64,000 bases of DNA from Chrysomallon squamiferum (taxonomy: Eukaryota > Animalia > Mollusca): contig CM022673.1 of the NCBI GenBank assembly GCA_012295275.1, forward strand, positions 23,498,001 to 23,562,000, given 5' to 3'. The position numbers were made by a program, and so were the translations under genes. The notes under the pieces were generated by a model, which saw only the letters and a program-made list of their open reading frames with translations, was not told the DNA's origin and did not search any database. Shown here piece by piece: positions 53,113 to 64,000 of this stretch (position 1 is its first letter; the number at the start of each line of letters is the position of its first letter).

Positions 53113-54257
53113 ATGTCTTTGGTGCGCCAGAATTATTCTGAAGAATGCGAAGCAGGGATAAATCGTCAGATAAATATGGAATTGTATGCGAGTTATGTGT
53201 ACCAGTCATTGGTAAGAACAAACAGAATTCCATCATTTATGTTCAAAAATCACGTGACAAATCTGCTCACATTCCACGGGCGCGCACACACGCACATAAA
53301 CACAACAAAGTGCGCGTGTAAAATTTACTTTTTGAACATACTCATTAATGTCAAATTTTAATACTGAATTTCACATAGATGCATTGATTTTATGGACTTT
53401 GAAAAATATATATTTTTTTCTTTTAAATGTAAAGGTACTGATTTACCGATGTATATAAATTTTATGCAGCGAAGAAGTTTCACATTGAAATTTTGTTTCG
53501 GGTGTATTTCATAGTGTATGTGTGTGTGTAATTATGTATATATATATATATTTTTTTCCCTTCCAATTAGGCATATCATTTTGACCGTGATGATGTGGCA
53601 CTTGCAGGCTTTTGTGAATTTTTTAGAAAGCAATCAAGTGAAGAACAACAACATGCAGATATACTGATGAAATACCAGAACAAGCGTGGAGGGCGAATAA
53701 TGCTGCAAAATATACAGGTGTGAATTTATCTTCTGTTCAACGTATTCATCATTATTTACAAGTTTTTACTGTTCATTAGTGAGAAACAATGTTTTATGTT
53801 TATTATTGATATTTCATACTTTTACTAGTATTACTTCAATTTCTGTAGAAACCAAAGCAGGATAACTGGGGTTGTGGTTTGGAGGCTATGCAGGCTGCAT
53901 TGGCTTTGGAGAAAAGTGTAAACCAGTCTCTCATTGATCTGCACACTGTTGCTGATAATGCCAATGACAGTCATGTAAGTAAAAATCAATTTTCTTCAAC
54001 TGCTTGTAGAGTCATCATGAATCTCTGATGGTTAATAGTTTTTAGGTGTTACAAATATTCAGAAAAGGTGTAAAAATTAACAATTATTTTTGCTGGTTTT
54101 TCAGATGTGTGACTTCCTGGAGGATCAGTTTCTAAAAGAGCAAGTTGATTCAATTAAACTGATCTCTGACTTTGTAACTAATCTCAAACGAGTTGGACCA
54201 GGCATGGGAGAGTATTTGTTTGATAAACACACTCTTCATCATTATGTAAACATTTAA
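53113..54257 (+). CDS. Soma-type (cytosolic, H/M-like) ferritin, 174 aa
   Basis: Exons 53113-53211, 53571-53717, 53849-53974, 54105-54257: [33 protein letters not shown]|[49 protein letters not shown]|[42 protein letters not shown]|[50 protein letters not shown]; ferroxidase residues (E, Y, EE..H, E, Q) intact; no signal peptide. Confidence 0.97.
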
Positions 54258-56012
54258 TACGTAGTATTTTAGTATTAGTTTGACAGATTTTAAAGTATCA
54301 TGGGCTTTTTTTTTTATGTTTCTTTTTGCTGTTTTGTTTGTCTCTTTAATAGCATACACTAAATACCTCTCATTTAGATGTATTAATTAATGTGATACCC
54401 TATTTGTATGAAAGTTGAAATGTTAAAACCACTTAATGATTAATAATGCAAAGGTGTTCAGTGCATTTATTAGTCATTATTCAGTTAGCATCTATTGTCT
54501 TTTAAACATTAAAAATTGTTAAACGATAATTTAAATTTATTTAAACTGAAGCATTTTTCGGTGCTCTTTCTTTTTGACATTAATTTTTCATTTACTTGTT
54601 GATTATTGTAATAAATAAATATTATCTGAAAATTAATTTGTCTTAAATTTTTTACCATGTGGTAATGCAGATACTGGTTACTCTTCCAATATCAACACTA
54701 GTTCAAGATTTTTAAAGCACTTCTTTGCACTGTTTTCTTTTTCTTTTTGAAAGTGGACAGAATGGCAAAGTATTTGGGATATCTAGAAAATTTAATATTG
54801 ATATAAAAAGCTGGTACTTTGAGCCATGAATGTCTTAATTTTGTAGAATTTTTTTAAAGTTCTGGATTAAAAGATACAACTTAATATTGCAGCATTCAGA
54901 AAAATCAGGCTGCCATCAGTTCTAAGCAACCTAAATTACACATTAAAATTAAGGAGAATTCACCCTTTAAAATGTTTAATAACCAAGGAATACTAGTCTA
55001 AAAAAAATCAAACTTGGATTTAATTCATACTGTTTAGGTTACAATTTTTTATTTTTTGTTGACTGAAAAGAAATTAATATATTTTTTCTACAGTCAAAAC
55101 CTGCAAATTATTTTAAAATATTCCTACAATGAAATCGGGAATGATAACTTGGAACAGCAGATGATAAGCTTTCACTACATATGTTATTTTATTTAGTGTA
55201 AATAAACAATAAAATAAATTGATGGGTGGTCTTCCACTTTTTTTTTCTTCTGTAACATGAGATAATCAGTTCAATGTCAAGCTTAACCTACATTAATGCT
55301 AACATAAACAAAACTTGAAAGAAGCAAGTAAACATCCAGCTGAATGCTCAACTAGAAAAGACCAACAATGGCATTCCATCTTTCTCACAAATGTATGAAG
55401 ATAATGGTGTCCATCTTGATTAAGCATTTGTTTTGTTGTTTCTATGTTTAAAAAAAAAAAATAATAATAATATAAATAGTAATTTTTAGGCATCATATAG
55501 TCTACCTCACTTGATAACTACAGGGTTTTTCAAATTTGAGCTCTGTTGTATCAACAGTTTTATTTTCAAGTGGCTTGAAATCTGGCATGCTTTATGCAAA
55601 CAGTTAAAATGTGTTATTTTTTGCTAATGGACTCAGTAATTTTACTTGTTAGGTCCATCCTGCACATTTTATAATTGTTAATTTTAAATATTTGAATGTA
55701 CATATATTTCCTAAAAGACATAGCATTGTAAATGTCTGTTTCTCTCCATCTCTGATTGCATCACTCTCTGTATGTGTATGTGTATGTATATTAATAAAGC
55801 ATGTTTTTAAACATTTATTGATAAAGTGTAATTTAAAGAAAGATTGGTTTACACAAATTAAAAGAAATATTATCATAATGTAACCAAATGTTCTCAGATG
55901 TAGTTGGTAATCATTGTCAGCTATTAGTAATCTTTTAATCTTTTACTGAAAAACTTCTGAAATTTTTTCTTCTGTGACAACTTGTGGGCAAGACTGGATC
56001 CACTTTAAAGCT

Positions 56013-59000
56013 TTATTTTGTATCTGGCATCTTACACAGATACTTAATAGGCAGCATTTTGATTTCTCCATCTTCTGTCTTAAACACCCCATCCAGTGTG
56101 TCAATGCTTAATAGTGTGCCAGTCAGTTCACGGTCATCTCCCATGATAACCTTGGCCTTGAAAACAAAATTAATACATTATTGTAAACATAGTTCAATTA
56201 CATATTATATTTTGATGCCCTAGCAAACAAAAATCTAGTTTAATCTTAGTTAAACAATAACTACAACTTCTAAACATTATATTTCAAATTCTTCTAATCT
56301 AAGGCTGAGGTACACAAGATGAGTGTTTCATCACTGCATGCACACCAAACATGATTTTCATTGCATTTTCTCAAATACATACCTGAATGTAAAGAGGTTA
56401 TTCCCATTAAAAACTAGGCATAAAAAAATGAATATTAACAGATTTTGGCAATAACTTTTATAGAATAGTGCTCATTACCATACTTTCTGCAGACAGAGTT
56501 CAGTCTTGTTACATTTCCTGTTCCCCACAATCTTTGTAGGATGGTATTGCATGATTTTGTATATGAATAATAATACCTTTTTAGCAAGATGACATCCAGA
56601 CTGAGAGAAATCGCCTTACAACTGGATATGTTCAACATCAAGTTCTATATATAGTGCAATGCAAAAACAGAATCAATTTGGTGTGCAAGTCTCTCAGTAA
56701 ATTCTGTTTTGTATATCCCAGTGAAAACAGTGGTAATATTCACTGAAAAAATAGTTTCTGGTGTTGAACAGCCCTAACTTGAATACTTTCTTTTAAATAT
56801 TTATAAAGAACATAACCACATTTCTATTAATCTGACATAATAAATGTATAAAGAAAAAAAATTGTATTATCTATCGAGTATACAACCAGAATTTCTGGAA
56901 TACATCTACAGGTACCATTAGCTTCCCTGAGAATTAATTATGCATACTGACAAAATTTTTATTAAGTTCATTAAAGATACAATATCATGACTGCAAATAT
57001 TTGCTTTTCCACTGGTAAACAACTGGTTCTCTAAGAAATTTTTCTTGTCGCGTGGCCAAAAAAAAGTCGATGTGTTTTTTGAGGTGTGCAAAAATGTAGT
57101 CTAACAACGTGGCAAACAAATATTATATTTTCCAAAATATTTTCTCAGTAAGATACAACCTTAAATATATCTCTTTTATAAAATTCTTTAGATTTTAATA
57201 AGAAAAAGTTTTGAAGTTCTGATGTGTAGTGGCTAGATACAAATGATTTTGTCCAAGGACTGGGAAAGATGATAATATATCTGTGACGTTTGGAGAATGC
57301 GACGGATATGGCAATATCCTGAAGGAAGACAACACCTTTGTGATTAATAATTGCAGGATGGGTTATTTTCTGTTTGCTTTTTCCCGATCATAGCCTAATG
57401 GTGAATAATCTGAGTTTCTGTGATGCCAATCATATTTACTAACAGTTGCCATGCATGGGGTTGGTTAATGTTTAGACAGTTACTGAACAAGACAATTTCA
57501 AAAACCACACAAACTTTTTCAGCCACCTGATAAAAACGCAAATGGTGTCTGTTAAAAAAAACTTTCACACTGATATATAGATGAAAATGTCAGTAAATTA
57601 GTTACCTTCATCTGAGTACCCAGTAACACTGTTTTATCCTTTTAATTGTTATTGCATGTAATATTCACATTTCAAAACAAACTATTATTCAAAGAACTTT
57701 TGTTGGTCATTATAATCAACTGCAAAGGAAAAGAACTTGTCCTGGTTCAGAGAGTACAAGTGAAAATAATTGTATTAATTGCTTTGATGTCTGAACAGAA
57801 ATCAGTGACCTGTGACACAACAGAAGATGTTGTGCAGCTGATCTTTTAAATGGCATTGTTGTTTGAAGTTGATAGTCATTCACTCATTTATTTTAAACCC
57901 AGTTTATTCACAATGATTGAAAAAGGATTAAACACTTCTGAGCAAAAGATTCAGTCTCAGACCTGACAATATGTATAGTTAAATGGAAAAAACCCTGCAG
58001 GATCACAAAATAAGATTGATTTTGACAGGATTCCAGTTTAGACAGTTTTTACTGTACATACAAATGCCTAATTTTTATTTGTTAAATTTGTTTTATCTGG
58101 CAGAAATCCTGACTACATAAAATAGAATTATTTCATTTATACAAATATTTATACAAATATACTGGGTAGGTCTAAAAATTACTTACTCGATTTCCCTTTT
58201 CTGGTGAAACTGGTTCCAAATGTTCACATGAAACATTTACTACTTTGTCATGTTCATGCAGAAACACTGAGCACATTCCACCCTGAAATACAAAGTTGAT
58301 TACTTACTATTAATCCACTTACCCAAAATAAATATTTAGCTATTACTAACAACCTTCAATAGTTTTGTCTATTTACTAATAACCCTCAAAATACAAATTA
58401 ACATTTAACATTTACTAATCTTCACATTTTTTTATGTATTTGTTTTATTATTGTTCTACTTGGCAAATCTTGGCTTCATGTGAATGTCTTATCAGTATTC
58501 CAGTAAGGAAAACAAATAAAAAAGATGTATTGATGATTATATATTTCAACTCACAGTAATACTTTTCACAACACCAGTGTGGAATATCAGATTTTCATCA
58601 TCATGTGACTGTTTAATTCTAACTTCAATATCTGATGTATGCCAGTCAGTCAAACCATGATCCACACTCATTGCTGAAATGAAAGATTAATTAAAACTCT
58701 CATTGTCTACACTAATTTGAACTGAAATTGTTGTATATACCAATAAGTTTATAATAAAAGCTGATAAAAACAATTTACCTGCACCAGGTGTCTGTGGGGT
58801 GAAAGGTGCACCTGGAGTCATTGGGCTGTATCCAACAGGTGATGGTGTCCCAGCAAACCCTGGAGAAGGACTGTGCTGAAACGGTGCTGGACTTGGTGTA
58901 CCTGAATAGGCAGGACTTTGAGCTGAAATAGTTTAACAAATAAACAACTTAATCATATTTTAATAAAAGGCTGTTGTTTATTTATTTTTTTTTTTTTATA

Positions 59001-62000
59001 TATGTTTATTTGTGCATATGCTTGTTTACTAAATAACTTAGAGAAATGTATGAAAAATCCCCACCCTTCCTTGCATTTTAGACATATTACACAAGAGTTA
59101 GATAATCAATTATACTAAAAGACTGATTACCCTGGTATCCAGATGGTGAAGGAGAAGCATGATAAGGGGAGTAGCCACTGCCTGGTGTCTGTGGGGTGTA
59201 AGGCCCCATGGGGCTGGATGTATCAGTAGACTGGTAGTTGCTGCCACCAGGATTTGGAGTTGAAGCATAATCAGCAGGAGATGGAGTGTTATCAAAGTTG
59301 TAGTCATACTCATTTTGTCTGTAAAATATTTCGATAATAAAAATAACAACAATAACAATAATAAAAATAACAACAATAACAATAATAAAATGGAACTTTG
59401 AACGATGTACATGAATCTACAGTAAGTACCTGGCTGGAGTGTTTGGATTGGCAGGGTCCCATGCACTGCCTCCACCACTTGGAGTTCTGCTGCCTGGCTC
59501 ATGAGATGGTGTCTGACTGCCATAATGTGGAGTTCGACTCCCATCATGCAGCGGGGTCTGAGAGCCATACATTGGTGTTCTTGAACCATGCATTGGAGTC
59601 TGTCCTCCATATGTTGGAGTCTTCACATATGAAGAACTGTATCCTCCCATTCTTCCTCCCCTGGTAAATAAAACAATGTTATGATATAGTAAAATGAAAA
59701 ATAACATGCATATTACATGAGACTGATGTGTAGCGCCTTGTTTTAATTTACATAATAACATGTTGAATATAACACAGTTCACTGATGAACAAAAATGTTA
59801 TAAAGTCACACACACATATATATAAATACAGGTTATCTCCAAAGTCACCTATGTACTTAAAAACCAAATGTTTGTAGCTAATTTATTATTTTTTATTACT
59901 TTTTTTTAAATGAAAAATGCTGCTTTCATAAGAACAGTCAATAACCCTGGTTAAAAATTACGTATGAATAGAAATTCCACAAATATTTATTTCTGTTCAG
60001 TTATGAATTTTGCATGGGTATTTCCAGACATATACCAATATCCAGAAAAGATTTTCAGAAAATAAACTATAAAATAAAATTTAAATATTTATAAAAATTT
60101 TGAATCCTTTCGTGACTTTTGAGACAAACAACCCTGCAATTAAAAACAATCTCACTCCTTAATATAAACATCTTAAATAAATAGTATAATATAAACTATT
60201 GTTAAATAAATGGCATCATTTAAACAATTATTAAATAAATTTAAACTATTGTTAAATGGGATCATATAAGCAAGTGTTAAATAAATGATATAATATTAAC
60301 TACTGTTAAATAATTTGTACAATAAGTTAAAAATTACTGGTAAACTAATTATATATAATACTCCAGTAGACGACAGCTGTATTAAAACAAGTAAGCTTTA
60401 AGTGGGATGTCTATGTGGTACATGTACAAATAAACTGAGTTTGATACTTTGATACATAGCAAGTTGACGAGAACACAGTAAGGTTATCAAGATATTTAGT
60501 GGGGCAGTTTGGAGATGAACATACGTCAGAGTGGCTAGGCGGGTGCGGTCCACAGAGATTGTTTTACAGCTTGAGTGAAGTTCTACTCTAGCAGTGGCTT
60601 CAGTGGAATCCTTCACAATGCCAATATAACCTGTCAACAAATCAAAATTTAATTAATATTCTCAATCATTAAACAAAAACAGAAAATATGGGAAAAGCAA
60701 TGTTTGAATGACCTAACAAACAAATGTTAATGCTCAGTAAAGTACCAACCTTTAAATGGCCCTTGGATTATTCTTACTGTTTGTCCAATGAGTTCCCGGT
60801 CTCTCTTAGGCCCTCCACCACGCCCTCTACCAACACCAGGGGCAGAACCACCTCCACTGGGATGGGCTGGACTTGACAGGCGAGGTGACATGAACCCACT
60901 CACAATACTGGTTGTTGATTGCTAAATACAAAGTGTAACAATTATCAATTAGAAATGATGGTTGCTGTTACAATGATGTTCAGTTTTTCTGATATTTTAC
61001 AGTATAAATCAGTGGGTTCCTAAATGGCTGTTTTGCTCTTATGGACAGTCAGACTTTCAAGGCATTTAATATATACCATAGTTGCTGTTATCATTTACTC
61101 ACTTTTACAGATAATGGCTGCTGAAGATGAATGCAAGGAGATAAATGTCTTTTGTAACTGTGTAAGTAATAAGGAATAAAAATGTGCATGAGAGAGATTA
61201 CTAACCCGAGTCCCTCCTGCCAGCACCAGATGGCGTGCTCGACATACAAAATATCCTCCATTTTCTGTCATCAGTCGAGACATGAGAAAAGCATGACTTC
61301 GGTACAAGTGTTTGATTTCTCCCTGTCGACCCTGTCACAAATTCACTTTACACATGTAACTTCATTTCACAGATATAAACTCTCTAAAACAGTTTACACT
61401 TATAATCTCACTGATTCTGTTTATAGATACAATATCACTAATACAGCTTATAGATGTAATCTCACTAATACACTTTACAGATATTATCTCACTAAATATC
61501 TCAGATACAGTCGGTCTCCCTAACAGAGTATCTACAATTAGTCTAATGCAAGATCAATCAACAGCAAGTCTAAGTAATGCAGCATCTACAGTTAGTCTTA
61601 CCGATTCAATATATCTACAATTAGTATTATATCACATGTATATAGATTATGTACAGCTGTTTACTAATTTGACAAAGATACTGTCAAATATTAAATCAAG
61701 GGTAAGACATCGCTGATTGTGACAAATGTTACATTTAATATATGCAATACTTTGATTCCTTTGACAAAGAAAATGTAAAAGATACAAACCGAGTGAGGCC
61801 CATCAATGACCTTGACCACATCTCTAACTTGAAGATTGTTGTTTTCTGAATCAAGAGCCACAGCATGTTTCGTGTCTCGTTTCCGCATTATTGCTTGAGG
61901 TTTTAGATTCAACACCTAATTAAGAATATAAAACTTTTTAACAATCTTTGTTTATAAATGTTAGTACAAACAGAAATCTCTGGTCTTCCACACAATTTAT

Positions 62001-63981
62001 TTCAAGTTAATAAACAATTAACTACATTTATAAATAATTCAGAAAGGATATATGTAGAAAACACATGTAACATTTTTATGTGTGAACAGTAAAATGATGA
62101 TTTCTTTAGGAAACACATCTCACTTTGTATGCAAACAGTAAAATAATGATACAAATCTTACTTTGTTGTGCATGCTAAGAACCTGAAAATTCTCCTTCTC
62201 CAATCTCACAATACACCCAACTGTTTGAGCACTTAAAATAAAAGAAGAATATAAACAAATACTCATACATTTAAAATTGTACAAGATTTGTCTTTAACTA
62301 TATATTGTTCCTATGATATCAGTGTTTAAATAAATATTACTCATTCGAATTGTAAGATATTATAAAATACAAATTATTCATTCTAGCTGTATTTTACTAT
62401 TTAAATACAAATCACTTATTCTAGCTGTATGATGCTACTGTTTAAATACAAATTACTTGTTCCAGCTATATGAAGTTAGTGTTTAATTATAAATGACACA
62501 TTCCAACTTTGATATTACCATTTAAATTCAAACTACTTTTCCTAACTGCATGGCATTAGTGTTTAATTATAAATGACTCTTTCTAACTAAAGATATAAGT
62601 GCTTTAAATATAAATTACTGGTTCTATCTGAATGATATTAGTGTTTATATTTATGTTTGTGTTTAAATATAAATTATTAATTCTAAGTCTATGATATTAA
62701 TGTTTAAATTCAAATTACTCATTCTAACTGTACACAATTAATGCTTAAATAAACATTACACACTAATTGCACAAGATTAGTGTTTAAAGAGAGGAATGAA
62801 GATAATACTTTATAAAAATGAAGCACTTAACATATTTTACTTAAAGTTATATGGTGACCGACATATGGTTAAGGACCACTTAGATGGCAAGACAGGAAAT
62901 CTGATACTTGATATGCTACTCTTTCCTATTACCATCAAGGACTCTTTTACATGCACGACCCTGCAGCTAAAATATTGTGATCTTTGTTCTGTCAGGTGTG
63001 GAGCATTGTCAGGAATGTGAAATGGCTCAACACACTGAGAGACCAATTCAAATAATCACTGCACTGCCTGGAACAGCTACCTTTATATGTGTCTTGTTCA
63101 CTAACTTGTTCTAAATACAGGAGACTTATACTGACCAGATTTGTGACTTACTTAGTGTAAATTTTGTATTTTAGGGCAGGACACTTACTCAAAATTTTGA
63201 GTTTGTATACAGGATACTCTAAGTTCAGTGTTTAAAGGCAGCATACTCAAACTATACAAGATTTGTGTTTAATTACACAATACTCTCACTAAATATACAA
63301 GATTGGTTTACATACAGGATGCTCTAATCTGTGTTTAAATACTCACACTAACTGTACAACATTTGTGTTTAATTTACATGATATTCACACTAAATATATA
63401 AGATTGGTTTAAATACTCACTCTAACTGTACAAGGTCACCAAACTGATACTGTCCCAGTGAGTCGACTCCACTGGCCATGTCTGTACACAGCTGTAAGTC
63501 TTTAGGCAAAACTTTTAGCTTTGAAATACAGAAATGTATAATTCAGTTGTCTAAATACAACTTTTTTCTGGTAATCTAATAAAAATAATATTTAATAAAT
63601 GAAATTTATTCTCAAAAACAGAAGTATGTTTTAAGCTATTTAATTCAGCAGCTCAATATATTTAACTTTTCAAACAGAAAATCATTTAAAAAAAGTCATT
63701 TGATAAACATGTATCATATCTCAATTGACAAATAACCTTCTAGGTGTGTATATTTTTTTTACCAAACACTTTTTTCATAGTTCTGCTGTACAAAAGCTAC
63801 TGGTAAGATGAAAACAATATTTCACCTCATGCATGGTCAGATCTGAGAACAGAACAACCAATGAATCTTCAACTCTGACAATAAGTCCAGTGTCTCCTTC
63901 GTATCGGCCAGCACACACCTTCACATGGTCTCCCATCTTGAAATATTTTCTCAACTCATGAGCTGGGAACTCCAGAGGATC
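56013..63981 (-). CDS. SUPT5H: Transcription elongation factor SPT5, 3' portion (gene continues past window end)
   Basis: 13 exons: 63981-63826, 63518-63421, 62231-62162, 61915-61790, 61331-61206, 60921-60750, 60630-60525, 59660-59430, 59318-59131, 58922-58779, 58673-58555, 58282-58187, 56156-56013; KOW motifs ([43 protein letters not shown]), CTR repeats [13 protein letters not shown]-terminal KOW6-7. Confidence 0.97.
59829..60136. mobile_element. Tc1/mariner-type MITE in SPT5 intron
   Basis: Imperfect TIRs CAGGTTATCTCCAAAGTCAC / GTGACTTTTGAGACAAACAACCCTG, preceded by TA. Confidence 0.5.
62330..63440. repeat. ~39-bp minisatellite derived from an SPT5 donor junction, interrupted by a SINE
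   Basis: Recurrent tactca(c/t)(t/a)ctaactgtacaag..t.gtgtttaa; the junction copy is at 63414-63434. Confidence 0.8.
62790..63085 (-). mobile_element. Degenerate SINE (gastropod-type)
   Basis: gttatatgg....gacatatggttaaggaccac...ggaaa...gctactctttcc.att..ca.caaggga.cttttacatgcac matches my recollection of an abundant gastropod SINE core; interrupts the minisatellite; identity and orientation unverified. Confidence 0.6.
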
Positions 63982-64000
63982 CTAAAAATGTTAAATTCAA

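Noticed and set aside
59110-59667. Alternative-frame and antisense ORFs over SPT5 CTR exons
   Set aside because: Shadows of GC-richer coding exons and an intronic simple repeat.

Overview
AT-rich, intron-rich animal genomic DNA, most likely a mollusc (gastropod inferred from a SINE I recall, not verified). Six genes can be assembled by hand with GT-AG introns and consistent phases: a GT32 (DxD) glycosyltransferase (-, 2 exons), ACBP/DBI (-, 4 exons), ABCB6/HMT-1 (-, 19 coding exons, ~841 aa), a TEX12-like synaptonemal-complex protein with a long acidic N-terminus (-, 5 exons), a soma-type ferritin (+, 4 exons) and the 3' part of SPT5 (-, 13 exons in window). The window also holds a degenerate interstitial (CCCTAA)n array split by an insert (16.1-18.6 kb), fossil DNA transposons (Ginger2/KRBA2-like, Tigger, hAT, MULE, Tc1-type), an RTE-like LINE fragment, a SINE and two duplicated pseudo-exons (TEX12, ferritin). 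The most unusual pattern is that several intronic minisatellites in ABCB6 and SPT5 are tandem amplifications of the gene's own exon-intron junction, leaving arrays of decayed decoy splice sites next to the real ones. All coordinates and homologies were read by eye; no database searches were run.
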